A stretch of 54,456 nt of DNA from Planctomycetota bacterium (GTDB taxonomy: Bacteria > Planctomycetota > UBA11346): positions 1 to 54,456 of the forward strand of contig JAYVSL010000163.1 in assembly GCA_043775355.1 (NCBI GenBank), given 5' to 3'. The notes under the pieces were generated by a model. It did not search any database, was not told the DNA's origin, and worked only from the letters and a program-made list of their open reading frames with translations. The position numbers were made by a program, and so were the translations under genes. Each line of letters begins with the position of its first letter. The stretch's first letter is position 1. Of this stretch, positions 27,806-36,019 are shown piece by piece.

Positions 27806-29205
27806 ATCGCCTCCTTATTCTGCTCAGTTTCACCGCCGTTTTTTGTAGCTGGCCTGCACTGACCGCTGCCGATCCCAACGCCGATCTGCGCGCGGCGACG
27901 TTGACGGCGCGTGACCAAGCGCAAACCCAACTCGAACAAGCTCGTTTGCGTATCGCTGAAGAAAACGCCGCATTGCTCAAAGAATTTCAGGCAACGCTGT
28001 CCGACACCAACTCGACGCGCGAGCGCTTAACAAAAGCCACGCAGGATGCGCAAGCGGCGAATGATGCCCTAGCCGTGCGTACCAAAGAACAGCAACGCGA
28101 ACATGCGCAGATAAAATCGTTGCTCGATCGCGTGGTGATCGCCGCGCGTTTGACCAGCGTTGTTCAACATGACCTCGCGAATAAACCGACCAGCGAGCAA
28201 CTCAACACTGCGTTGAGCGCCATCGATCAACGTCTGGCCGCGCTGCCGAAACGACTGGCCATGACGTTGCGCGACGAACCGATCATCGCTCGCAATGGTC
28301 AACACGTCACCGCTCAAGTCCTGCGTCTGGGCGAAGCCCGAGCCATTGCGCTGGGCACGGATGATGCCTCACGAGGATTGCTTGAGCGTGCCAGCGATGG
28401 CAGTTCGTGGTTGGTCGTGGGAGCGCTGTTATTTCCGCAAATAGCGCCGCAAATAGCGCCGCAAATAACGCCGCAATTATCCGCAACGAAAGTTATCCCG
28501 TTGGATGTGACCGGTACCGCCGCGCAGCAACCTGGAGAAGTTCATCGCACGCTCGGCGAGTGGATCAAAGCTGGTCGCTTTTTCATCTGGCCGATTATCG
28601 GCGTCTTTCTGCTGGGTATGCTGATCGCTCTCGAACGCCTCGTTACGCTCATCAAACGGCGCGTCGATCCCCGCCGTTTAGTTGAAATCGCCGGACTTCT
28701 TGCGCGTGGCGATCACGCCGCTGCGACCGCTGCGGTCAGCAACGGACGCTCTCCACTCGATCGCGTTTTAGCCGCTGGCCTCAACGCACTCGGTCGTCCA
28801 CGCGAAGCGCGTGAAGCCGCCGTTGAGCAAGCGCTGTTGTCCGAAACCGGCCAACTCACGCGCGGCCTGCCCGCCATCGCCGTGCTCGCCGGCGTAGCGC
28901 CGCTGCTCGGTCTCCTCGGCACCGTAACCGGCATGATCGACATGTTCGCGGTGATTTCCGCGCAAGGCTCTGGCAATGCGAAATCACTTTCCGGCGGAAT
29001 CAGCGAAGCCCTGATCTGCACCCAAGCCGGCATGCTCGTAGCAATCCCCTTATTGCTCTTACACGCCTGGCTAGCCCGCCTCTCCGACCGTCGCGCCCAA
29101 ATCTTAGAAGAAGCCGCCTGCGGCATGCTCGGCCTAACCGAACACGGCGATGTGATATCAAATGACATCGGACATCGGACATCGGACATCGGACATAAGA
29201 AATGA
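27802..29205 (+). CDS. Large MotA/TolQ/ExbB proton-channel protein (TtpC-like)
   Basis: Signal peptide and long periplasmic N-domain (VLRLG, IPLDVT); APLLGLLGTVTGMI..LSGGISEALICTQAGM..AIP. Confidence 0.9.
   Translation: MNRLLILLSFTAVFCSWPALTAADPNADLRAATLTARDQAQTQLEQARLRIAEENAALLKEFQATLSDTNSTRERLTKATQDAQAANDALAVRTKEQQREHAQIKSLLDRVVIAARLTSVVQHDLANKPTSEQLNTALSAIDQRLAALPKRLAMTLRDEPIIARNGQHVTAQVLRLGEARAIALGTDDASRGLLERASDGSSWLVVGALLFPQIAPQIAPQITPQLSATKVIPLDVTGTAAQQPGEVHRTLGEWIKAGRFFIWPIIGVFLLGMLIALERLVTLIKRRVDPRRLVEIAGLLARGDHAAATAAVSNGRSPLDRVLAAGLNALGRPREAREAAVEQALLSETGQLTRGLPAIAVLAGVAPLLGLLGTVTGMIDMFAVISAQGSGNAKSLSGGISEALICTQAGMLVAIPLLLLHAWLARLSDRRAQILEEAACGMLGLTEHGDVISNDIGHRTSDIGHKK
29164..29197. 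repeat. GACATCG heptamer tandem repeat (about 5 copies) inside the 3' end of the TtpC-like gene
   Basis: GACATCG x4 plus GACATA, translated as NDIGHRTSDIGHKK. Confidence 0.95.
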
Positions 29206-29795
29206 ACCTGTTCGACCAAGCCCTTCAATGGTGGAAAGGCGGCGACGTATTAATGCCCATCATGTTCACCGTCGCGGTGATTTTGTATACGTTGCTGGCT
29301 GAGCGCAGTGTGGTGTTGTGGAGCGTCCGCCGTCAACAACGGCGCGATGAATTACTTTCCTTACTGCGCGCTGGACATGCGGGCGAACGCGATGGTCATT
29401 GGCGCACCTGGGCTGGACGTTACGTCGCGTTAGCAGAAGAGCTGGAATTAACCCGTGGCTTCACCCTCATGCGCGCGCTGACGGCATGTCTGCCATTGCT
29501 CGGCCTGCTCGGCACCGTCACGGGCATGGTCGATACGTTTGGGCAACTGAGTGCCGCCGGAATGAAACCCGGCGTGGTCGCGCACAGCGCCAGCGCTGGT
29601 ATCGGCTTGGCGCTGACCGCGACGCAATACGGCATGGCTTTGGCCATTCCTGCGGTGGCGTGGGAATGGGCGCTTGGCCGACGCGTGGCGCAACTCGCGC
29701 AACATCGCGAAACCGTGGTGCGCGATGCGCTGACAGAAAACACTGGCGGTTCCGGCGTTTTCGTTGCGCATTCACAGCAGAAAGCTCAGCCATGA
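29202..29795 (+). CDS. exbB: MotA/TolQ/ExbB proton-channel protein
   Basis: LPLLGLLGTVTGMVDTF..AGIGLALTATQYGMALAIP; ATGA overlap with the upstream gene. Confidence 0.9.
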   Translation: MNLFDQALQWWKGGDVLMPIMFTVAVILYTLLAERSVVLWSVRRQQRRDELLSLLRAGHAGERDGHWRTWAGRYVALAEELELTRGFTLMRALTACLPLLGLLGTVTGMVDTFGQLSAAGMKPGVVAHSASAGIGLALTATQYGMALAIPAVAWEWALGRRVAQLAQHRETVVRDALTENTGGSGVFVAHSQQKAQP

Positions 29796-30199
29796 GATTC
29801 CTGCGTCGTCGCCGTCAGAGCCATCAGCCGATTGATCTCAACGTCATTCCCCTCATCGACGTGGTGTTCTTTCTGCTGATTTTTTATGTCATCAGCACGT
29901 CGTTCATCCAAGAAACCTCGGTGTCGATTCAACGACCCGCCAGCACGCAGGCCACCGCCACCACCAGCGGTTTCGTCCCCGTCGCGATTGTCAAATCGGG
30001 TGCCATCCAAGTCGGCGCCCAGGTCGTCGATCTTGCCCAAGTCCGCGAAACCGTCGCAGCAGCATTAACCGCAGGCAACACCACGAAAGCACTGGTCATT
30101 CCCGACCGTGAAGTTCCCACAGGTTTCTTATTACGCGTGATGGATGCGTGCAGCGCCGCCGGCGCGACCCAGGTCGACGTCGCGGCGACGAAAGAATAA
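29792..30199 (+). CDS. exbD: Biopolymer transporter ExbD
   Basis: DLNVIPLIDVVFFLLIFY with the conserved TM Asp; start MRFLRRR overlaps the exbB stop. Confidence 0.93.
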   Translation: MRFLRRRRQSHQPIDLNVIPLIDVVFFLLIFYVISTSFIQETSVSIQRPASTQATATTSGFVPVAIVKSGAIQVGAQVVDLAQVRETVAAALTAGNTTKALVIPDREVPTGFLLRVMDACSAAGATQVDVAATKE

Positions 30200-30219
30200 A
30201 AGCGTAAATAAAAACAACG

Positions 30220-30948
30220 ATGACCACCAACCTCTTACCACGCACGCGCACGTTTCATCGTCGCCGCCCATTGACGGCGTGGTGGATCGCGGTCGGTATT
30301 GCCGTGCTCACGAATCTTGCGCTGGTCGTGATCCTCTCACAAATCAGCAATCTCCGCCAGCCTTTACCGGCAGCACCGCTGACGGTTCGTACGCTGCGCC
30401 AAGTTGAACCAGAACAACCACCACTGCTGCCACCGCCGCCTATACCGCCGGAAAATCTCGAACAACCAACTGAGGAAGTCCAAGCGCAACCCGTCCTCGC
30501 CTTGCCTGCGCTCGAATTGCCCAGCGAATCAACTCCGATGGCGCTCACGCTACCTGACATGCCGAAGCTCGCAGTGTCGCTCGATTTGCCGCTCACCATT
30601 CCCGCCTTCAGCGCCGCGAAACCGTCCGCCAACACCGGCCAAGCCACGCTGTGGCCCGGACCTGGAAAACCTGATCAATCCGCGCAATTGCAATCGACCT
30701 TCGATTTAGAGCGCTTTTATCCACGCTCTGCGCGTTTGCGTGGCGTCGTCGGACAGTGTCGGGTTCGCTTGACCATCATTGAAGACGGCTCGGTATTATC
30801 CGTCGCTATCTTCGAAAGCACGCCTGCTGGCGTATTCGAACAAGCGACTCGTGAGTTAGCCCGCAGCCTACGCTTTCACCCGGCACTGGTTGACGGCAAA
30901 GCCGTGGCTTCGACCAAAGATTTAATCATCGACTGGACCCTGAAATGA
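30220..30948 (+). CDS. tonB: Energy transducer TonB
   Basis: N-terminal TM anchor, Pro-rich spacer, C-terminal YPRSARLRGVVG..I..DGSV..GVFEQA..FHPALVDGKAV. Confidence 0.9.
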   Translation: MTTNLLPRTRTFHRRRPLTAWWIAVGIAVLTNLALVVILSQISNLRQPLPAAPLTVRTLRQVEPEQPPLLPPPPIPPENLEQPTEEVQAQPVLALPALELPSESTPMALTLPDMPKLAVSLDLPLTIPAFSAAKPSANTGQATLWPGPGKPDQSAQLQSTFDLERFYPRSARLRGVVGQCRVRLTIIEDGSVLSVAIFESTPAGVFEQATRELARSLRFHPALVDGKAVASTKDLIIDWTLK

Positions 30949-32276
30949 ATTACCTCGCTGCATGCCGCGTTCTTTTTTGCGCCCTGCTTTTTTTCAGCGG
31001 TGGAATTATTTTCAGCGCCGAATCCAAACGCGAGGTCACCGCTGAGGTCGCCAAGCTGCTGAACGAACTCGCGACTGATCAACCGACGGACGCGCTCAAA
31101 CGCCTCAGCAGTTATAAAGGTGAAAACCATCCGCTGATTCAACTGACGTTAGCGCAGACGCATTGGCGCTTGGCGAGCGCCGCGCTGAATCCGCAAGAAA
31201 CCAGCCTGCATCGTGAGGCCGCCGAAAAAGCGTATACTGAAACGCTGAAGCTCGATCCGACGCTCCGCCAAGCGCATCTCGGCTTGGCGCAATGCGCTGC
31301 TGCTCGTGACGATTGGCTGGTAGCAAGCCGCGAAGCTGCCGCCGGAGTCGAGCCGACTTTGAGTGAGCGCAGCGAAGTGACTTTTCTTGCGCATGCCGCG
31401 TTGCAGGCCAAAGACTGGCGACTCGCTAGCCTGGCGGCACAACAAGGTATTTTGCGCTTTCCTGACGATGCCGCTCTGCGGCGCATCGAACTCGCCGTGC
31501 TGATGAATGCCGGGCGAGCCGAAGACACGCGCCAAGCCGTGTTGGCGCTGTTGGCGAAAGAACCAACTGACGCCGAATTGTGGCGTCACTTAGCGTGGGC
31601 TGCGCAAGAAACCAGACGCGACGACGAAGCGCTCGCTGCGCTGGAAGCAGCGATGATGCTCAAGCCTAACGATCGTTCGCTGCGACGCTCGCTGGCGGAA
31701 TCGCAACTCGCGCGCGGGATGCCGCAGGCCGCCTTCGCCACGGTGAAAATATTGGTTGGTCAGCCACCATTGACTGAGGTTCTGAGCGACGAAGCGCTGA
31801 TGATCACCGCGAGTCGCGCTGCCGCTGAAGCTGGCGAGCTGACCCAGGGACGTGCATGGCTCGCCGCCATTCCAGAAACCAAACGCACGCGTCCGCTGCG
31901 CTTGCAAGCGGCGCGACTCGCTATCCAAGCTGGCGATCAACAAGCCGCAGCAGCAGCGCTCGATGCGCTGATCGCGCTGGGCGAACATGACGCCACCGTG
32001 CTGACCTGGGCTGGCTCGCTCGCCGAACAGCGCGACGATCTGGCGCGGGCGGAAACGTTGTATGTGAAAGCGAGCAGCGGGGAAAACGCTGCGGCTTCAG
32101 CGGCGGCTTCAGCGGCGGCTTCTGCTGCCTCCTTGCGACTCGTCGCGCTGTACATCAAACAAAAACGCCTCGACGACGCGCGCGTGGTATTGGCGACTCA
32201 TCTCGCCAAGCGGCCAGATGATCAGCAAGCAAAAGCATTACAGGCGCAATTAGATCGACCCAGCAAGTCGCGTTAA
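30945..32276 (+). CDS. Secreted TPR-repeat protein (TtpD-like)
   Basis: Signal peptide; TPR-like units (AYTETLKLDPTLRQAHLGLAQ, LLAKEPTDAELWRHLAWA). Confidence 0.85.
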   Translation: MNYLAACRVLFCALLFFSGGIIFSAESKREVTAEVAKLLNELATDQPTDALKRLSSYKGENHPLIQLTLAQTHWRLASAALNPQETSLHREAAEKAYTETLKLDPTLRQAHLGLAQCAAARDDWLVASREAAAGVEPTLSERSEVTFLAHAALQAKDWRLASLAAQQGILRFPDDAALRRIELAVLMNAGRAEDTRQAVLALLAKEPTDAELWRHLAWAAQETRRDDEALAALEAAMMLKPNDRSLRRSLAESQLARGMPQAAFATVKILVGQPPLTEVLSDEALMITASRAAAEAGELTQGRAWLAAIPETKRTRPLRLQAARLAIQAGDQQAAAAALDALIALGEHDATVLTWAGSLAEQRDDLARAETLYVKASSGENAAASAAASAAASAASLRLVALYIKQKRLDDARVVLATHLAKRPDDQQAKALQAQLDRPSKSR

Positions 32277-32282
32277 ATTTCA

Positions 32283-33509
32283 GTGAACACCAACAAAGAT
32301 TTAGCGACTCCACCTGGCCCAGCGCCCAACGCCGATGGACCCGCCGTCATTCGACGAATCGGTTGGCTGCATTTTTTCAATGATTTAACCCTCGATTTTC
32401 TCACGCCATTATTACCAGCCGGAGTCGGCCCAGCCTGGCTCGGCGTGATGGAAGGCATTGCCGACGGCGTCGGCCAGGTACTAAAACTCTTCACCGGCCG
32501 AGCCAGCGATCGCAGCGGGAAACGCGCGTCGTGGGTGGCATTGGGCTATCAAGCCAACGCCATCGCGCGGCCATTAGCAGGCATCGGAATGTTGCTGGCC
32601 TTGCCATGGTGGATTGTCGCCTGTCGCGTTGCCGACCGCGTCGGTAAAGGTCTGCGTGGATCGGCCACCGATGCGTTAGTCGCTGATTGGACCGACGATC
32701 AGCATCGCGGTCGGGTGTTCTCGCGCATGCGCATGATGGACCATCTGGGTGCAACCATCGGCGGCCTAGCGGCGGCGCTGGTTGCGTTCATGTTGCCGCC
32801 CGAACAACTCGGTTGGGCGGTCTGTTCATTGGTGACGATTGCGTTGGTGGTGGTGTGGCTCAGTCGCGGATTACGCGACGTGCCGCCGACTCCGTCTGTT
32901 GCTTCTCGGCCTTCTGTCACGGGCTGGTGGCCACAGCGCGGACCAGTGCGCGCAGCACTGGTGGCCATCGGCATCGCCGGATTAGCCAGTCGTTTAAGTC
33001 CGCTATTAGTGTTGGTCTTGGTCGCAGGAATTCCCTCAACCGATCACGTCGGCGCGTGGCCGTTGTGGCAAGTATGTCTTGGTTGGGCCGCCTTCGGTTT
33101 GGTACAAACCGCCGCCGCCGCCGTCGCTGGCCATTTCACCGATCGCCTAGGAGCGATCACCATGCTGCGCTGCGGTTGGGTACTGCTCGCCGTGGTCTGC
33201 GTCGGACTCGGCCTTAGTAGCGGCGCGTGGTTAATCGTCGCCGGTCTCGCCTTCGGAATGGTCACCGGGGTCATCGAAGGCGTCGAAAAAGCCTGGATTT
33301 CACTGCTTATTCCTAAAAACCAACGCGGTGTTTCCTTCGGCGGATTAGCCCTCGTTGGCGCGGGCGCGGGTTTGCTGGGCAACGGTGCCTGTGGTTTGTG
33401 GCTCGCTCACTATGGCACCACGGTGTTTTTCATCCTCGCTGCCAGCGCCATCATCGGCGCGGGCCTGACGTGGATGGTCCGACCAATGCCTGTGAGCTCG
33501 GCGTCCTAA
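32283..33509 (+). CDS. MFS transporter
   Basis: Motif A GRASDRSGKR and GHFTDRLG; DRVGKGLR..DALVAD; about 12 TM helices. Confidence 0.9.
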   Translation: MNTNKDLATPPGPAPNADGPAVIRRIGWLHFFNDLTLDFLTPLLPAGVGPAWLGVMEGIADGVGQVLKLFTGRASDRSGKRASWVALGYQANAIARPLAGIGMLLALPWWIVACRVADRVGKGLRGSATDALVADWTDDQHRGRVFSRMRMMDHLGATIGGLAAALVAFMLPPEQLGWAVCSLVTIALVVVWLSRGLRDVPPTPSVASRPSVTGWWPQRGPVRAALVAIGIAGLASRLSPLLVLVLVAGIPSTDHVGAWPLWQVCLGWAAFGLVQTAAAAVAGHFTDRLGAITMLRCGWVLLAVVCVGLGLSSGAWLIVAGLAFGMVTGVIEGVEKAWISLLIPKNQRGVSFGGLALVGAGAGLLGNGACGLWLAHYGTTVFFILAASAIIGAGLTWMVRPMPVSSAS

Positions 33510-33559
33510 ATCGGCATACCCGTGATGCAGGCAACATCCAAGCACAGAAAGAAAAAAGG

Positions 33560-33699
33560 GTAACTGTTCAGGCCGCCTGGCTCTTTATTGCCAGTTTCTT
33601 TCGCGGAATTTTCGGTTGCCAAGGACGTCCTGCCAGAGCTCTGGCGATGGCGTCGCATGGGTCGATGCCGTTTTTAGTGGTGGCGCTGAGGTAGGATCT
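33560..33699 (-). mobile_element. IS66-family (ISBst12-like) remnant: transposase C-terminus plus terminal IR
   Basis: The minus strand encodes RSYLSATTKNGIDPCDAIARALAGRPWQPKIPRKKLAIKSQAA-stop, followed directly by the IS66-type end (GTAACTGTTCA on the plus strand at 33560). Confidence 0.8.
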
Positions 33700-33790
33700 T
33701 GTTCGTGGTTGTCCTCCGTTTCTCCTATTCAATTTTCGTAATCGTCATCCGGCTGAATGAATTTGCCGGGGAACGGGATGTCAAAACAAA

Positions 33791-33950
33791 GTGTGTGTCC
33801 GTTGTAAAGACGTCCGTTGTAAAGACGTGTCCATTGTAAAGACGGGAGATTGCCCCTGGGGCCGGCGCCTCCTCAAAGACGGGAGATTGCCCCTGGCCGG
33901 CAGGCTGCCGGCGGTCCCAGGCCTTGTCCCTGGTAGCTGGCGGTCCCAGG
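33791..33950. repeat. Patch of nested direct repeats and REP-like sequence
   Basis: GTCCGTTGTAAAGAC x3 (imperfect), AAAGACGGGAGATTGCCCCTGG x2, GGCGGTCCCAGG x2. Confidence 0.8.
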
Positions 33951-34017
33951 GGCGCTTCAGGGGTTGTCTCTCTGACTTCGCCTAGATGCTCTGCCGCCCC
34001 CTCGGTCTGGAGTTCGT

Positions 34018-35877
34018 ATGCGTCTGTCGTGGATATTGATGCTGTTGGCCCTCGTTCTTACTGGCCTTCGTGCTGGGGAGGCTGGTGCTGAGGCTGGTGC
34101 GAATAGTGCGCCCGCCGTCGCTCCGGTAACTCCTGCCAGTTCTGCGCCGACTTCGGCTGCGGTTGAGGTGGTGGCTCCTGCGGTCACGGCCGCTCCGACT
34201 TACACGGAATATCATTTGGCGAATGGGTTGATTCAGGTGGATGTCACCGATCGACGTGGCGCGATTTTGAATCTCAGTTTGTTGAAAACCCACCCGATCC
34301 ATCTGCGTGCGTGGCAGACCAACGTTAACGAAGTCAAAGGACAGGTAACGCTTGATCCCGCCAAACCGTTACCTGTGTTGGGCCATTTCAATCGTGATAG
34401 CCGATTTCATAACTGGATTCGTGAAGACTCCTTGGATGCCGATCAGAGTCCATGGCAACGAGTTTCTGGTGATGATCACCATTTAGTTTTACAGCATGAC
34501 GTCCCGGCCAAGGGTCTGCGTTACACCCTGACCTATGAGTTATTCGACGGTTCACTGGCCGTACATTCAGCATTAACGATTGAAAATATCGGCACTGAGA
34601 CGAGTAAGCTGCATCCGTTTCTGTATCCGCTCAACGGCGTTCACCAAGACGATCTGAGCCAGGATTTGGCATACCTCGCCCTCGCGCATCACAACGGTGG
34701 CATCAAAGGCAAGTTGACCTCGCTGAGCCTACCAGCCATTCCAGCGCCAGGGGCTGCTCGCGTAAACGCCATCATTACGGGCGATCAACTTGACTATATT
34801 TGTTTAAAAAGCCGCTTCTTTGCCGCACTCTGGCAGCCGCTCTCATCTGAAGTTGGTGATGCAAAGACCACGAATGATCAAGTGACAGCCAGCCAGCCAG
34901 CACCCATCAAGGGCGATGGCGGTCCAGGCGGAGTCACCGTGAGTGGACCAAACGGTTCGCTGACCGCCGCCACCGGACCTTTGGCGTCTATGAAAATCGA
35001 ATGCGTTGGTTTTCTTGATCGCAACGGAGCGCATCAAGCCTACGTCGAAGTGGCTCTGCTGGCATCAGGTGGCAGCGAATTAGTGCTCAAACCCAGCCAG
35101 AAATACCAAGCCAAATGGAATACCACGGTTGCGAGCATGACTGACGGAGACGTTGCCCTGTTGGGTGAAACCGCAGCAAAGGTCGAGTTCACCGACGGCT
35201 ATTATCGCTTCTTCAAATCCCTCGTTTGGCTCTTAACCATCAGTCTCGATTTCTTAGTGATGATCGTGCGCAACTACGGCGTGGCGGTGGTGGTTCTGAC
35301 GTTTTTGATCAAAGCCTTGCTCCATCGCTTCACCTTCAAGCAGCAAGAGAGCATGATGAAGATGCAGAAACTTGCTCCTGAATTAAAGCTACTGCAAGAA
35401 CAGTACAAAAACGACAAAGCCAAGATGGCGCAGAAACAGATGGAACTTTGGAAGAAACACGGCGTCAATCCGCTTGGCGGATGTCTGCCAGTGCTGATCC
35501 AAATCCCGATATTTACCGCCTTGTATTTGACTTTCTGCCATAGTGCGGACATGCGTGGCGCGGGCTTTTTGTGGATTAATGATCTGACGCTGCCTGACCA
35601 AGTGATTGGCTGGTTGGTCGGCGGTTGGACGATCTCCATCAACCCCCTGCCGATCATCTACATTGGCGTCAGCATCTGGATGAGCTTGATGCAGAAGATG
35701 CCAACTGGCGGCGATCCGCAGCAAGAACAAACCATGAAGATGATGCGCTGGCTGCCGGTCGTCTTCGGCGTGATTTTCTACAACATGCCTTCAGGCCTGG
35801 TGCTGTATTTCACCATCAACGCCGTGCTGTCGACCATCGAAATCAAAATGGTGCGTAGGAAACTCGGGTTGCCATAA
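34018..35877 (+). CDS. yidC: Membrane protein insertase YidC
   Basis: NYGVAVVVLTFLIK, SMMKMQKLAPEL, GVNPLGGCLPVLIQIPIF, FLWINDLTLPD, PSGLVLYFTIN. Confidence 0.96.
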   Translation: MRLSWILMLLALVLTGLRAGEAGAEAGANSAPAVAPVTPASSAPTSAAVEVVAPAVTAAPTYTEYHLANGLIQVDVTDRRGAILNLSLLKTHPIHLRAWQTNVNEVKGQVTLDPAKPLPVLGHFNRDSRFHNWIREDSLDADQSPWQRVSGDDHHLVLQHDVPAKGLRYTLTYELFDGSLAVHSALTIENIGTETSKLHPFLYPLNGVHQDDLSQDLAYLALAHHNGGIKGKLTSLSLPAIPAPGAARVNAIITGDQLDYICLKSRFFAALWQPLSSEVGDAKTTNDQVTASQPAPIKGDGGPGGVTVSGPNGSLTAATGPLASMKIECVGFLDRNGAHQAYVEVALLASGGSELVLKPSQKYQAKWNTTVASMTDGDVALLGETAAKVEFTDGYYRFFKSLVWLLTISLDFLVMIVRNYGVAVVVLTFLIKALLHRFTFKQQESMMKMQKLAPELKLLQEQYKNDKAKMAQKQMELWKKHGVNPLGGCLPVLIQIPIFTALYLTFCHSADMRGAGFLWINDLTLPDQVIGWLVGGWTISINPLPIIYIGVSIWMSLMQKMPTGGDPQQEQTMKMMRWLPVVFGVIFYNMPSGLVLYFTINAVLSTIEIKMVRRKLGLP

Positions 35878-35880
35878 GGT

Positions 35881-36019
35881 TATGTCCGATGTCTTTCCCA
35901 TGTCCGATGTCCGATGTCCGATGTCCGATGTCGATTGAATTGATATGACATCGGACATCGGACATCGGACATCGGACATCGAAAAGACATCGGACATCGG
36001 ACATCGGACATCGGACATA
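35881..36019. repeat. Inverted array of ATCGGAC heptamers spanning the yidC-mnmE junction
   Basis: Left arm (ATGTCCG)n and right arm (GACATCG)n around a short AT-rich loop; TATGTCCGATGTCTTT pairs with AAAGACATCGGACAT. Confidence 0.95.

Noticed and set aside
33791-33900. AAAGAC-ending direct repeats as a mini-CRISPR
   Set aside because: Only 2-3 short copies, adjacent or about 15 bp apart, with no constant spacer length.
35881-36019. Heptamer arrays as a CRISPR array
   Set aside because: The unit is 7 bp, tandem, without regular unique spacers, and there are no cas genes in the window.
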